From contig CAYTIB010000086.1 in the NCBI GenBank assembly GCA_964437725.1, forward strand, positions 641-64,640: a DNA stretch of 64,000 nt, given 5' to 3'. A program made the position numbers and the translations under genes. The stretch is from an uncultured bacterium. GTDB lineage: Bacteria; UBA8248; JACPRG01; G963555815. The notes beneath the pieces are model-generated. The model did no database searches. It was not told where the DNA came from and saw nothing but the letters and a program-made list of their open reading frames with translations. Below are positions 29,150-38,517 of the stretch, piece by piece. How positions within the stretch are numbered: position 1 is the stretch's first letter; each line of letters starts with the position of its first letter.

Positions 29150-29727
29150 TCAAAAATTTTGTGTTCTGTCTGGGGCATGGTGTTGTACTCTTTTCCGGGT
29201 TGCCCTCCAAGGGAATTGAGATGAGAGCACCTCTAAAATTCTTCTACAACGTTTCTTTGGCAGTATGGTTCGGCACTACGATTTTCTTTTTAATAATTAC
29301 TTCAACTCTTTTTAAGCAGATGCCCGATGTAGCAGGCCGAGTTGCAGCCCACTCTTTACCGTTATATTTCAAAACGGGGGGTGTTTGCGGGTTGATTGCA
29401 CTATTATCAGTTACCCTTTTGGTTTTCTTTGTATGGAAGGATCTCCCCCCCGCCAAAAAAGTTACGCCAGTCGTCCTTGTTTTAGTATTAACTGGGCTGA
29501 ACTTCTATGGGGGTTGGGTCGTTTTGCCAAAGGCCCGGGAAGTTCGTATTGAGGTCCATGAACGTCAGGCTATAGCCGGAACCCACACTTTGAAACAAAA
29601 AGCCCAATTACAAAAAGCTCGCGAGCGGTTTCAGAGGTTACACAAACTCTCTATTCGACTCTTCGGAGCTGTTTTTTTTCTAATCGGGGCAACTATCATC
29701 TTTTCTTCGTTTGTTCTTAAGACCTGA
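29146..29727 (+). CDS. hypothetical 4-TM membrane protein (DUF4149/TMEM205-like)
   Basis: The 193-aa ORF has four hydrophobic segments and an ATGA overlap with the glcF stop. An alternative start is at 29221. The family call is tentative. Confidence 0.55.
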   Translation: MIKNFVFCLGHGVVLFSGLPSKGIEMRAPLKFFYNVSLAVWFGTTIFFLIITSTLFKQMPDVAGRVAAHSLPLYFKTGGVCGLIALLSVTLLVFFVWKDLPPAKKVTPVVLVLVLTGLNFYGGWVVLPKAREVRIEVHERQAIAGTHTLKQKAQLQKARERFQRLHKLSIRLFGAVFFLIGATIIFSSFVLKT

Positions 29728-29794
29728 CCGCGGTTTGGTTCTAAAGCGTTCCATTCGATTTGGCTGACTGGGTTTCAGATCCTGGAGAGATCAG

Positions 29795-30577
29795 ATGCGC
29801 TTGAAAAACCAGGCGGTACTTGTAACGGGATCGGCTAGCGGGATTGGAAAGGCGATTGCGTTGAAGTGTGCTCGAGAAGGTGCGAGCGTTGCTGTTGCAG
29901 ATTTGGATGTGGAAGGGGTCGAACAAACGTCCGAAGCAATTCGGTCGTTCAATGGTGTCTCACTGTCTGTGGCAATGGACGTGACGGATGAGAAATCGGT
30001 CGAAGATGGGGTGGATTTTGTCCATCGGACTTATGGGCGGATTGACGTGTTGGTTAGTAATGCCGGCGTTCAGCAAATTGGTGCGGTTGTCGATCTTTCC
30101 TTCTATGACTGGAAACGCGTCTTGGCAGTTCATCTCGACGGATCATTTTTAACCACCCGTGCAACCATGCGCCACATGGTTGCGGACGGTCAGGGTGGAA
30201 CCATTCTCTACATGGGATCTGTCCATTCTAAGGCGGCTTCCCCACTCAAAGCCCCCTACGTAACGGCCAAACATGGTTTACTAGGCCTTTGCCGCACCGT
30301 GGCTCGGGAGGGGTCCGCGCACGGGATCCGCTCTAATGTTATTTGCCCAGGGTTTGTACGTACGCCTTTGGTAGAAAAGCAAATTCCCGAGCAGGCAGCT
30401 GAACTCGGGATCAGCGAGGAAAGAGTTATCCAGGATATTATGCTTAGGCACACAGTGGATGGGGAGTTCACAACAACGGCCGACGTTGCGGAAACGGCGC
30501 TTTTTCTCGCTACTTTTCCATCAAGTGCCATGACGGGCCAGGCAATCATTGTCAGTCACGGTTGGCACATGGAATAA
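29795..30577 (+). CDS. bdhA: short-chain dehydrogenase, 3-hydroxybutyrate dehydrogenase-like
   Basis: It has TGSASGIGKAIA, NAGVQ, the catalytic Y..xK (YVTAKHG), and a C-terminal ...VSHGWHME typical of D-beta-hydroxybutyrate dehydrogenases. Confidence 0.75.
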   Translation: MRLKNQAVLVTGSASGIGKAIALKCAREGASVAVADLDVEGVEQTSEAIRSFNGVSLSVAMDVTDEKSVEDGVDFVHRTYGRIDVLVSNAGVQQIGAVVDLSFYDWKRVLAVHLDGSFLTTRATMRHMVADGQGGTILYMGSVHSKAASPLKAPYVTAKHGLLGLCRTVAREGSAHGIRSNVICPGFVRTPLVEKQIPEQAAELGISEERVIQDIMLRHTVDGEFTTTADVAETALFLATFPSSAMTGQAIIVSHGWHME

Positions 30578-30726
30578 TTGCTTTCCATCGGTCCAACTAC
30601 AATTTCGAAACGAGAGCCCCATACAGGGTAGGATTGACACCTTGAGAAACCCTGTGGGATCATTTTCAGGTTCAAGTTGGGTGGTTCATCGACTTTGACC
30701 AATCTTTCAAAAGCTTACTTTTTTCC

Positions 30727-31137
30727 TTGGAATTGAGGGGAACCTTGAGTAGTCATATCTTAAATCTGATGAGAAAAATTAACGTCATCCCAGGACTTTT
30801 CGTGCTCCTTGTCATGCTAGTCGGATGTGGATCCATTCCAGATGACTACCGCCGAGATTTTCTTCCCGATCCAAATGCTGGCTATCGTGTGCTTGATGAG
30901 TATGCAACTGGGTTCGACCTTGAAGTGTATTATTTCAAGCGAGGAGTCCTCTTGAAGCGGGAGAAACTGATTGAGGAAGCTAAAGCGACTTACGTCCAAA
31001 TTGCGACCTGGCTTTCTTCCCGTATTGGGAGAGCACCTAAAAACATATCCAAAAAAAGCCTCGATGTGAAGTTCCATCGGAGCTTGGTAGATGGTCGGCA
31101 TGAAGTACATGTTACCGGTAAGGTGGTGTACCGGTAG
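30727..31137 (+). CDS. hypothetical lipoprotein
   Basis: The 136-aa ORF has a signal peptide with the lipobox LVGCGS. No family is recognised and the start is uncertain. Confidence 0.5.
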   Translation: MELRGTLSSHILNLMRKINVIPGLFVLLVMLVGCGSIPDDYRRDFLPDPNAGYRVLDEYATGFDLEVYYFKRGVLLKREKLIEEAKATYVQIATWLSSRIGRAPKNISKKSLDVKFHRSLVDGRHEVHVTGKVVYR

Positions 31138-31362
31138 AAGAGGGTCGAAGCTGGAGGTTTTGGCGCGGCATATCCCTTTGCCGTTGTTCAGACAAAGGAT
31201 CCTGTGAAGTAAAAATACAATGAAAGTGGAAGGCTTCCGAAAAGGAGGAGAGCAAGCAAATGCCACCCGCGCATTTTACATGATCATGCGTTGCTTTAAT
31301 TCGTTGGTTCGATAATAGATTCCCCAAAGTTAGATTGCGGACCACCAGGATGTGAAATTGAT

Positions 31363-32247
31363 ATGCAGTCTATTGCCATTCGATCGTTGAAATATTGCCG
31401 GCAGCTTACACGCCGAAGCGGCTCCAATTTTTTTTACTCTTTCCTGTTTTTGCCAAAAGCCAACCGTGAAGCCATCTACGCTGTTTATGCCTTCTCCCGC
31501 GCCGTGGATGATGTGGTTGACGAAGTGGAGGACGCGAGCGAGGCGACTGAACTGTTGGCTGGCTGGCGGCACGAAATTGAGGAGATGGCAGAGGGGCGGG
31601 CTACTCATCCGATAACGGTGCAGTTAGGCGAGGCTTCACGTGTTTTCAAGATTCCAAAAGAGCTTCCCCTTGCTCTAATTGATGGTTGCGAAATGGATCT
31701 TCGGCGGTGCCGCTATGATACCTTCGAAGGTTTGTATGACTATTGCTACCACGTAGCATCGGTTATTGGACTCATGTGTATTGAGGTGTTTGGTTATGAA
31801 ACGGAGAGTGCCAAAAGTTATGCCGAAAAGCTAGGGGTTGCTTTTCAGCTAACTAACATCCTGCGGGATGTAAAAAGCGACGCAGGGAAGGGGCGGATCT
31901 ACTTACCTCGCGAAGACCTGGATCAATTTGGTTATACCGAAAAGGATGTTCTGGGATCCGTATATAACGAGAAGTTTATCTCCTTGATGGAGTTCCAATG
32001 CCGACGGGCTGAAAGGTTTTATAATGAAGCCCGAGATTTCCTAGCCCCGGAAGACCAACCCTACATGTTGGCGGCAGAAATTATGGGTGGTACCTACCGG
32101 AAAATTCTCCGAGAGATTGAAAAGGTTCGCTACGATGTCTACAACCACCGTGTCTTTTTACCCCGCTCTCGCAAGCTGTGGATCGCGTTAAGTATTTGGG
32201 CGTCTCGCTTAGCGACCCGCCAGGGTAAAAGTCAAGCCGGTATTTAG
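31363..32247 (+). CDS. hpnD: squalene/phytoene synthase family, presqualene diphosphate synthase HpnD-like
   Basis: It has SNFFYSFLFLP...AVYAFSRAVDDVVDE, WR.EI...HP, YCYHVASVIG and AFQLTNILRDV. The pattern looks closest to HpnD. The family level is secure, the subfamily less so. Confidence 0.75.
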   Translation: MQSIAIRSLKYCRQLTRRSGSNFFYSFLFLPKANREAIYAVYAFSRAVDDVVDEVEDASEATELLAGWRHEIEEMAEGRATHPITVQLGEASRVFKIPKELPLALIDGCEMDLRRCRYDTFEGLYDYCYHVASVIGLMCIEVFGYETESAKSYAEKLGVAFQLTNILRDVKSDAGKGRIYLPREDLDQFGYTEKDVLGSVYNEKFISLMEFQCRRAERFYNEARDFLAPEDQPYMLAAEIMGGTYRKILREIEKVRYDVYNHRVFLPRSRKLWIALSIWASRLATRQGKSQAGI

Positions 32248-32427
32248 AGGATTTCATTAAATATATTACAATATATAGTGTTTTTTTATCCACGAAATAT
32301 CAACATACTGTGGAAAACCTATTATATTTCCTGAATCGTGGTGTAGGATGGTTGTTGAGAACAAGTATGGAAACCGGATATCCCGATATATGCGGAATCA
32401 GCGAAAAGAGTAAAACGGAGAAAGATT

Positions 32428-32982
32428 ATGAGTATTAAGTCTGATTGTTGGATCAGGCGAATGGCCGAGGAACACAGTATGATCGAACCGTTTGAGAAGG
32501 GCCAAGTTCGAAATGGCGCTATTTCATATGGCCTATCGTCTTATGGTTACGACATTCGGGTTTCGGATGAGTTCAAAATATTTACTAATATTGACAACTC
32601 TATCGTCGACCCAAAAGCGTTTGACGAGCGGGCTTTCGTAGACAGGAAAGGGGATTTTTGTATTGTTCCACCTAACTCGTTTGCCCTGGCCCGTACAGTG
32701 GAATACTTCCGGATACCCCGTAATGTCCTTACTATTTGTGTTGGAAAATCTACCTATGCCCGTTGTGGAATCATTGTCAACGTGACGCCGTTTGAACCCG
32801 AGTGGGAGGGCTATGTTACGTTAGAGATTTCAAATACTACTCCGCTGGCCGCCAAAATCTATGCAAACGAGGGGATCGCCCAGGTCCTGTTTTTTGAGAG
32901 TGACGAAGTTTGCGAAGTTTCGTATGCCGACAGGAAGGGTAAGTACCAAGCACAGGTTGGTGTTACACCCCCCAAAATGTAG
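32428..32982 (+). CDS. dcd: dCTP deaminase
   Basis: The 184-aa ORF has [13 protein letters not shown], the [10 protein letters not shown]-type motif and [12 protein letters not shown]. Confidence 0.93.
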   Translation: MSIKSDCWIRRMAEEHSMIEPFEKGQVRNGAISYGLSSYGYDIRVSDEFKIFTNIDNSIVDPKAFDERAFVDRKGDFCIVPPNSFALARTVEYFRIPRNVLTICVGKSTYARCGIIVNVTPFEPEWEGYVTLEISNTTPLAAKIYANEGIAQVLFFESDEVCEVSYADRKGKYQAQVGVTPPKM

Positions 32983-33074
32983 TAGTGACTTTCTCGTTCG
33001 TTCGTCGAAAAATAGCGGGATGTTATGGAAACTAAGGACGAAAAGGTCTCCAGAGCCAATTCTCCTACGTAGTT

Positions 33075-33392
33075 TCAATGGGTTTTTTTGTGACCATCGT
33101 TCCCCTTTTTCTGTTTATAGGGGAGTGCACCATGGTCCATTTCCTCGCCATCATAGGTGTCTAGATCGTATTGAATTTTCAAATCATTGATTTCTCTTTG
33201 GATCTCATAAAGTTTTTTTTCCAAACGGTTGATTTTAATAATAATAATTTTTTGCGTTTCTAAAAACCGGAGTTTTTTCTCCAACCCTTTCGTTTCACCT
33301 GCTCCAAGTGAAAAATTTAATAAAAAAACGACAGAAAAAATAGTTAGGCAAGAAATAAGAATTCTACTTTCCCTAGAAATTCGCAACGCCAT
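33075..33392 (-). CDS. hypothetical signal-anchored coiled-coil protein
   Basis: The 105-aa ORF has one N-terminal TM segment, then a heptad-like LEKKLRFLETQK...LEKKLYEIQREINDLK. It lies downstream of nifU on the same strand. Confidence 0.4.
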   Translation of the reverse strand: MALRISRESRILISCLTIFSVVFLLNFSLGAGETKGLEKKLRFLETQKIIIIKINRLEKKLYEIQREINDLKIQYDLDTYDGEEMDHGALPYKQKKGNDGHKKTH

Positions 33393-33498
33393 AATTTTTC
33401 TCCGTTTTCCCCTATTCCTTTTGTGATTTTATGGCCAGAAGTTTGGTTCTAGTTGTGTGTTTGAACAGATTTTGTGGAGTTGCAGAGTTGTCCGAAAG

Positions 33499-33888
33499 TC
33501 AGGAGTTCAGTTGATCCAATGCTTCATTGATTGCGTCTTCGGCAAGGTCGCCTGCATGGGTTTTGTGCTTGGGAAGGCCGCCAAGACCATCGGCGATGGC
33601 CTGCGAGGTAATTTTTCGTGCCTGCTCGAGGGTTTTCCCCTTTACCATATTTGTCAATAGAGAGCTAGCCGCTAAAGCTGCAGCGCAGCCGTAGGCTTTG
33701 AATCTCACGTCATGAATATGGCCCTCTTTGACCTTCAAAAAAAGCTTCAGTTCATCTCCACACACTGGGTTACTAACTTCCACGAAAACGTCGGGATTGT
33801 CCATCTCCCCGATGTTTTGTGGATTGGTCAGATGGTTCAAGAACTCTGGACTTCGGAGGTTTTCGTTGTTTCTGTTAGGCATTGCCAA
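33499..33888 (-). CDS. nifU: Fe-S cluster assembly scaffold, NifU/IscU N-terminal-domain type
   Basis: The three scaffold cysteines are present (NPVCGDEL, AYGCAAA, and the conserved late region). Confidence 0.88.
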   Translation of the reverse strand: MAMPNRNNENLRSPEFLNHLTNPQNIGEMDNPDVFVEVSNPVCGDELKLFLKVKEGHIHDVRFKAYGCAAALAASSLLTNMVKGKTLEQARKITSQAIADGLGGLPKHKTHAGDLAEDAINEALDQLNS

Positions 33889-33951
33889 TAGCCATTGTTA
33901 GTCCCTTGAATAGGTGGTAGCAGAACTAGTGCTAGCCTCTTGACGGATTTA

Positions 33952-35139
33952 TCAACGCTGACCTCGGATTCTTGGCTTTTTTGTATCCCATCTCCCGGAA
34001 ATGGCACGAAGATGAGCAACGATATTAGGTAAGACTTCCACAACATGGTCGACATCTTCCTGAGTGTTGGCGTACCCAAGACTGAAGCGCAGGGAGCCTT
34101 CGCTTAGTTCCTTAGGAATGCCCATTGCCAGCAAAACGTGCGAAGGATCTGTGTTGCCACTAGCACAGGCGGAACCTGTGGAAACCGCAACTCCGGCGAG
34201 ATCTAAGTTAATCAGAAGCGGCTCCCCACCTATGGCACGGAAGCTTATGTTAAGAGTGCCCGGGAGTCTTTGACTAGAGTTGCCGTTGACTTGCACTTCA
34301 GGGATTCGTTCTTGTAATCCCTCTTGGAGACGATCTCGAAGGGAGCTCACCCTCAACGATTCTTGTTCCATCTCGTTCAAAGCCAATTCACATGCTTTGC
34401 CAAGGGCAACGATGCCGGCAACATTCTCTGTACCCGATCGGCGATTACGCTCTTGGTGCCCTCCATGGATTAGCGCATCCATGGCTGTCCCCTCTCGGAC
34501 ATAGATCGCACCTATTCCCTTTGGGGCATTTAGCTTATGTCCTGAAAGGGAGAGAAGGTCGATATTGCTCACGTCGACATTCAGGGGAATCTTTCCGGTT
34601 GTTTGAACAGCATCGGTGTGAAAAATGATTCCCCTTGCTTTTGCGATGTTGCCGATATCAGTGATGGGTTGAATGGCGCCGGTCTCGTTATTGCCATGCA
34701 TGACACTCACCAGAACTGTATCGCCTCGAATAGCTTTACCGATAGCCAATGGATCGACCACGCCTGATTGGTCAACGGGGATGTATGTAACTTCCACGCC
34801 TTTTGTTTCTAGGTACTTACAAGTTTCTAAAACGGCCGGATGTTCGATGGTTGTCGTTATCACATGCTGACTTTCACCTTCTTTTGCCGCTACGATGCCT
34901 TGGATTGCGATGTTATCGGATTCTGTCCCGCAACCCGTGAAAACGATTTCTTTTGGCTTGGCTCCCAGAAGCGATGCCACTTTCTCCCGGGCTTTCTCCA
35001 CAGAGACCCGAGTGTCCTGTCCTTTCTCGTGAACACTCGAAGGATTAGCGAAGCGACCCTGATAATACGGCAATAGTGCGTCCAAAACTTCTGGCCGGAC
35101 GGGGGTCGTCGCATTGTGGTCCATATATATGGGACGCAA
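33952..35139 (-). CDS. nifS: cysteine desulfurase (NifS/IscS class I)
   Basis: The 395-aa ORF has IYMDHNATTP, the PLP lysine in SLSGHKLNAPKGIGA and the active-site loop STGSACASG. Confidence 0.93.
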   Translation of the reverse strand: MRPIYMDHNATTPVRPEVLDALLPYYQGRFANPSSVHEKGQDTRVSVEKAREKVASLLGAKPKEIVFTGCGTESDNIAIQGIVAAKEGESQHVITTTIEHPAVLETCKYLETKGVEVTYIPVDQSGVVDPLAIGKAIRGDTVLVSVMHGNNETGAIQPITDIGNIAKARGIIFHTDAVQTTGKIPLNVDVSNIDLLSLSGHKLNAPKGIGAIYVREGTAMDALIHGGHQERNRRSGTENVAGIVALGKACELALNEMEQESLRVSSLRDRLQEGLQERIPEVQVNGNSSQRLPGTLNISFRAIGGEPLLINLDLAGVAVSTGSACASGNTDPSHVLLAMGIPKELSEGSLRFSLGYANTQEDVDHVVEVLPNIVAHLRAISGRWDTKKPRIRGQR

Positions 35140-35270
35140 GACAGGGGCCTCCTTTCCACTTCCCTTAGCTCAACTCCATTATCTTCTGTGGCCCAGGAGA
35201 CCGTCAACCTGGGCGATTGGTTTTGTTGTTGAAAGTCTGGTGGCCGTAGGTCCTTTAATCAAAATGGTTT

Positions 35271-36317
35271 TCAACTAGAATCCAGATAAGAGTTTTGTCC
35301 CCTATAGGAAGCCCTTCCATTCGGGGCAAAACGAACTGGAAGAACGAAAAAGATTCCACCACATAAGCGAAGAATGGTGGTAAGAATAAATTCTGTTAGC
35401 GCAATTGTTAGCATTATTTCTGCTGGAATACCCAGGGGTTGGGAAAGAGAGACATAGATTAAGTCCCGAACTCCAAGACCAGTGATACTAATAGGCAAAC
35501 CAGCTGCCATTATGGCAAGTGGGATCAGTGCCAGGAAAAGGCCAAATTCTGCGTCTGCGCCAAGTCCACGCGCCAAAACAAAGACAGCTAGAACATTGAG
35601 CAAATGGCTAACTGCTGAAGTACCTAATACCCATGGAAGATTCCGGGGATGTTGTCGTATCATAAGGCCAAGGTTTTCTTGTAATCCGCGAAGGACTTTC
35701 TTGATCCGATTTAGCCTTAGGAGGGGAAGCCGGGTTAGGCCATCGGTCACCCGCTGGTTGCATAAGAGGACTAACATGACGAAAAGCAGAAAGCAAAAAA
35801 TGCTAATATCGATCAAGAGTCCTGAGGTTTCAGGTCTGAGCAATCCCCCCCCAAAAATGGCCCATGCCAGAAACACATTGATGATTTGCCCTATTACCCC
35901 CGCGACACGATCGACTGCAATGGTAGCAAAGGCTGTGCCCACCGGATGAGCCAAGCTCGATATTGCCCAAATTCTCCAAGCATCCGCACCAAGTGTCCCC
36001 GGAATCAGCAAGTGAAAGATGCCGGATGCCCATTGGATCTGAATGGTTTTCCAGAAAGCAAGATGGGGCTCTTGTGATCGGAGGAGAAACCAAAGCCTTG
36101 CCCCTCGAAGCAGGATGGTGGCAAGCAGAAGTAAAATGAAGGCAAACACCAGGGGTTCCCAATCGAGACGCGACACTGTTTTCTGGAATTTGTCCAAACC
36201 CACCCAGCGAAGGACCAGAACAAGAACGGCCAGGCTCGCTCCAGCCCGAATCCACAAAGTCCATTTCCTCCTGCGCGGGGAATTGGTGGGGGCGAATTGA
36301 CCTTGTTGTTGATTCAC
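35271..36317 (-). CDS. flippase-like / lysylphosphatidylglycerol synthase TM-region family membrane protein (UPF0104)
   Basis: The 348-aa ORF has about 8 TM segments and the pattern LIPGTLGADAWR...LPISITGLGVRD typical of the LPG_synthase_TM family. Confidence 0.65.
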   Translation of the reverse strand: MNQQQGQFAPTNSPRRRKWTLWIRAGASLAVLVLVLRWVGLDKFQKTVSRLDWEPLVFAFILLLLATILLRGARLWFLLRSQEPHLAFWKTIQIQWASGIFHLLIPGTLGADAWRIWAISSLAHPVGTAFATIAVDRVAGVIGQIINVFLAWAIFGGGLLRPETSGLLIDISIFCFLLFVMLVLLCNQRVTDGLTRLPLLRLNRIKKVLRGLQENLGLMIRQHPRNLPWVLGTSAVSHLLNVLAVFVLARGLGADAEFGLFLALIPLAIMAAGLPISITGLGVRDLIYVSLSQPLGIPAEIMLTIALTEFILTTILRLCGGIFFVLPVRFAPNGRASYRGQNSYLDSS

Positions 36318-36479
36318 AAATTTCCCCTAACTTTTATAGCTTGAATTAAGTGACAGCAATTACCGTACTATATTGCCCTAAGGTTGGGGTTGCCCTCTAT
36401 CAAAATCTTTGGTAAACCCATGGCCGGGACCAGGGTCGAATTCGGCTCCTCACAACTGGGAGCATTTGGTTATCCCTTC

Positions 36480-37754
36480 ATGAAAAGTCACAAAAGCAAT
36501 ACACATATTTTATTCCGGGTTTGTAAATGGGCGACATTTTCTGTGGGGGTTTTCTTTTTAGCCTTCTCTGATAACCCGGACGTTTTCGCTGAGCAAAAAA
36601 TTGTTATTGGTGCAAGCCGTTTTGCCGTAAAGTCACTTCAAGGTGGACGGAGCAAGGTAGTACCCGACCGTGGACTCGTATGGATTTTCACGCGAGATAT
36701 AGCAAATGGGGACCTTTGGCGCAGAAAAGAGATTGTTGACAAAGACAGCGAAGTTATTCACCGTGCAAGTTTTTTAGATTGGGCTGGTTCTGGGCGCAAA
36801 GGGTTACTAACAGCGGGCGCTAATCGGGCCCTACTAAAACTCTACCATCCTGACGGCCCTCCAGAAATCCTTTGGAATCCCTTGTTCACGAAAAAAAGAT
36901 CACGCCTACGAGATTTTCGTATTGCGGATACCAACGGGGATGGGCGGCAGGAGATTATCGTTGGCACCCACCCAAAAGGGGTGGTTGCAGTCATTAGACG
37001 AGATAAAACAGGTTGGAAAGTCGAGGAGTTGAGCCGAGAGGAGAGGACTTGGATCCATGAAATCGCGGTTGGTCATGTCACGACTGCCTCAGGGCCACCG
37101 GATTTTTTTGCGACTTTCTCCCAGCCCAATGTGTCTCCAGGGCAGCCCCAAATTGGCCGTATTGTTGCTTGGCGATGGGACAAAAAAAATTCAAAATACC
37201 ACTCTAAACCTGTTGAGATTTTTAAAAGAGCCCACGCAAAGGAGATTGCCGTGGGGGATGTCGATGGCGATGGGCAGATGGAACTGATCGCCTCAATCGA
37301 GGGAGTAGTCGCGAAGCGTCGTGAAGGCGAGTCAAAGCGGTTGGAGTTAGCCGAACCGTCCCGAGTGGTTGTATACCGGTGGAAGTCTGGTCGATGGATG
37401 CGGAAAGAGATAGCCACTGTTCCTGATCTCAGCTTAAGGTCGTTGGCTGTTGGGGATGCAGATAATGATGGCCGACCGGATATTGTTCTCGGACCTCGAC
37501 GCGCAGGAATTCGGATCCTCCGACTGAAAAATGGTGAGTGGAGGCAATCTATTGTGGACCGTCGACCCGCCGGTTTAAACCTCCCCCTAGTGATAGGAGA
37601 TCTCAAAGGAAATGGGCAAAATGAAATTTTGGCAGCATCTGATTTCACGGGCGAAATCCTCCGCTACTCTTGGAAGGGGAAAGGGTGGAAACGCTCAGTC
37701 TTTGCGACGATCCCTAAAGAGCACTGGACATGGTCCATGAATTTGGAACGCTAA
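36480..37754 (+). CDS. exported FG-GAP/VCBS repeat protein (beta-propeller)
   Basis: It has repeated calcium-loop motifs DTNGDGRQEIIVG, GDVDGDGQMELIAS, GDADNDGRPDIVLG and GDLKGNGQNEILAA. ATG 36480 gives a plausible signal peptide, while the ORF track opens at 36384. Confidence 0.75.
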   Translation: MKSHKSNTHILFRVCKWATFSVGVFFLAFSDNPDVFAEQKIVIGASRFAVKSLQGGRSKVVPDRGLVWIFTRDIANGDLWRRKEIVDKDSEVIHRASFLDWAGSGRKGLLTAGANRALLKLYHPDGPPEILWNPLFTKKRSRLRDFRIADTNGDGRQEIIVGTHPKGVVAVIRRDKTGWKVEELSREERTWIHEIAVGHVTTASGPPDFFATFSQPNVSPGQPQIGRIVAWRWDKKNSKYHSKPVEIFKRAHAKEIAVGDVDGDGQMELIASIEGVVAKRREGESKRLELAEPSRVVVYRWKSGRWMRKEIATVPDLSLRSLAVGDADNDGRPDIVLGPRRAGIRILRLKNGEWRQSIVDRRPAGLNLPLVIGDLKGNGQNEILAASDFTGEILRYSWKGKGWKRSVFATIPKEHWTWSMNLER

Positions 37755-38500
37755 TGCCTACTAAGCCACGCATCGGAATTACCTGCGAGAGAGAGCATGG
37801 CCCCACCCCCCAGAATGGTGGCTGTCCCTTCGCGTTGGTTCGAGAAGACTACGCCTCCGCAGTGGCAGATTTAGGTGGTGTGCCACTTCTTGTGCCAGCT
37901 CTACCCGGAAGACGTCCCGACTCAGAGCTTCTCAAATCGATAGATGGCCTTATGATTACGGGCAGTGGATTTGACCTTGACCCTAACTGGTTTGGTGAGC
38001 GGCCTCACCCCAGACTGGGCCCTCTTAACAACACTCGATTTACCTACGAAGGCGAGCTGTTTAGAAGTGCGCTGAATCAATCGGTCCCGGTTTTAGGGAT
38101 TTGCGGTGGATGTCAAATCATGAACGTTGTTGGGGGTGGGACGCTCTTTCAGGACATTTGCTCCCAAGTTCCCAAGTCTCTAAAGCACAAATCGCCTCGT
38201 TTTGTGCGCCATGGAATTAGAATTACACAAGGATCGCGCCTAGCAAAAATCTTCCACGGTCTTACGGGACGGGTTAACACAATTCATCATCAGGCGATTC
38301 GGGATACGGCCCCGGGTTTTTCCGCAACCGCCCGGGCCCGTGACGGGATTGTAGAGGCGATCGAGAAGGAGGGCCATTGTTTTGTTGTGGGTGTACAGTG
38401 GCATCCGGAAATCATGTACAGACAAGATTCAGATGCTACCTCACTCCTTTTGGCTTTTATCCAGGCTGCAAGGCTCACTTCATCCAAAAAACAAAAGTAA
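37754..38500 (+). CDS. class I glutamine amidotransferase / gamma-glutamyl-GABA hydrolase-like (peptidase C26)
   Basis: It has the nucleophile elbow GICGGCQ and the histidine in VGVQWHPE. ATG 37754 overlaps the upstream stop (TAATG), while the ORF track opens at 37730. Confidence 0.8.
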   Translation: MPTKPRIGITCEREHGPTPQNGGCPFALVREDYASAVADLGGVPLLVPALPGRRPDSELLKSIDGLMITGSGFDLDPNWFGERPHPRLGPLNNTRFTYEGELFRSALNQSVPVLGICGGCQIMNVVGGGTLFQDICSQVPKSLKHKSPRFVRHGIRITQGSRLAKIFHGLTGRVNTIHHQAIRDTAPGFSATARARDGIVEAIEKEGHCFVVGVQWHPEIMYRQDSDATSLLLAFIQAARLTSSKKQK

Positions 38501-38517
38501 TGGTTACACGAAAACGT

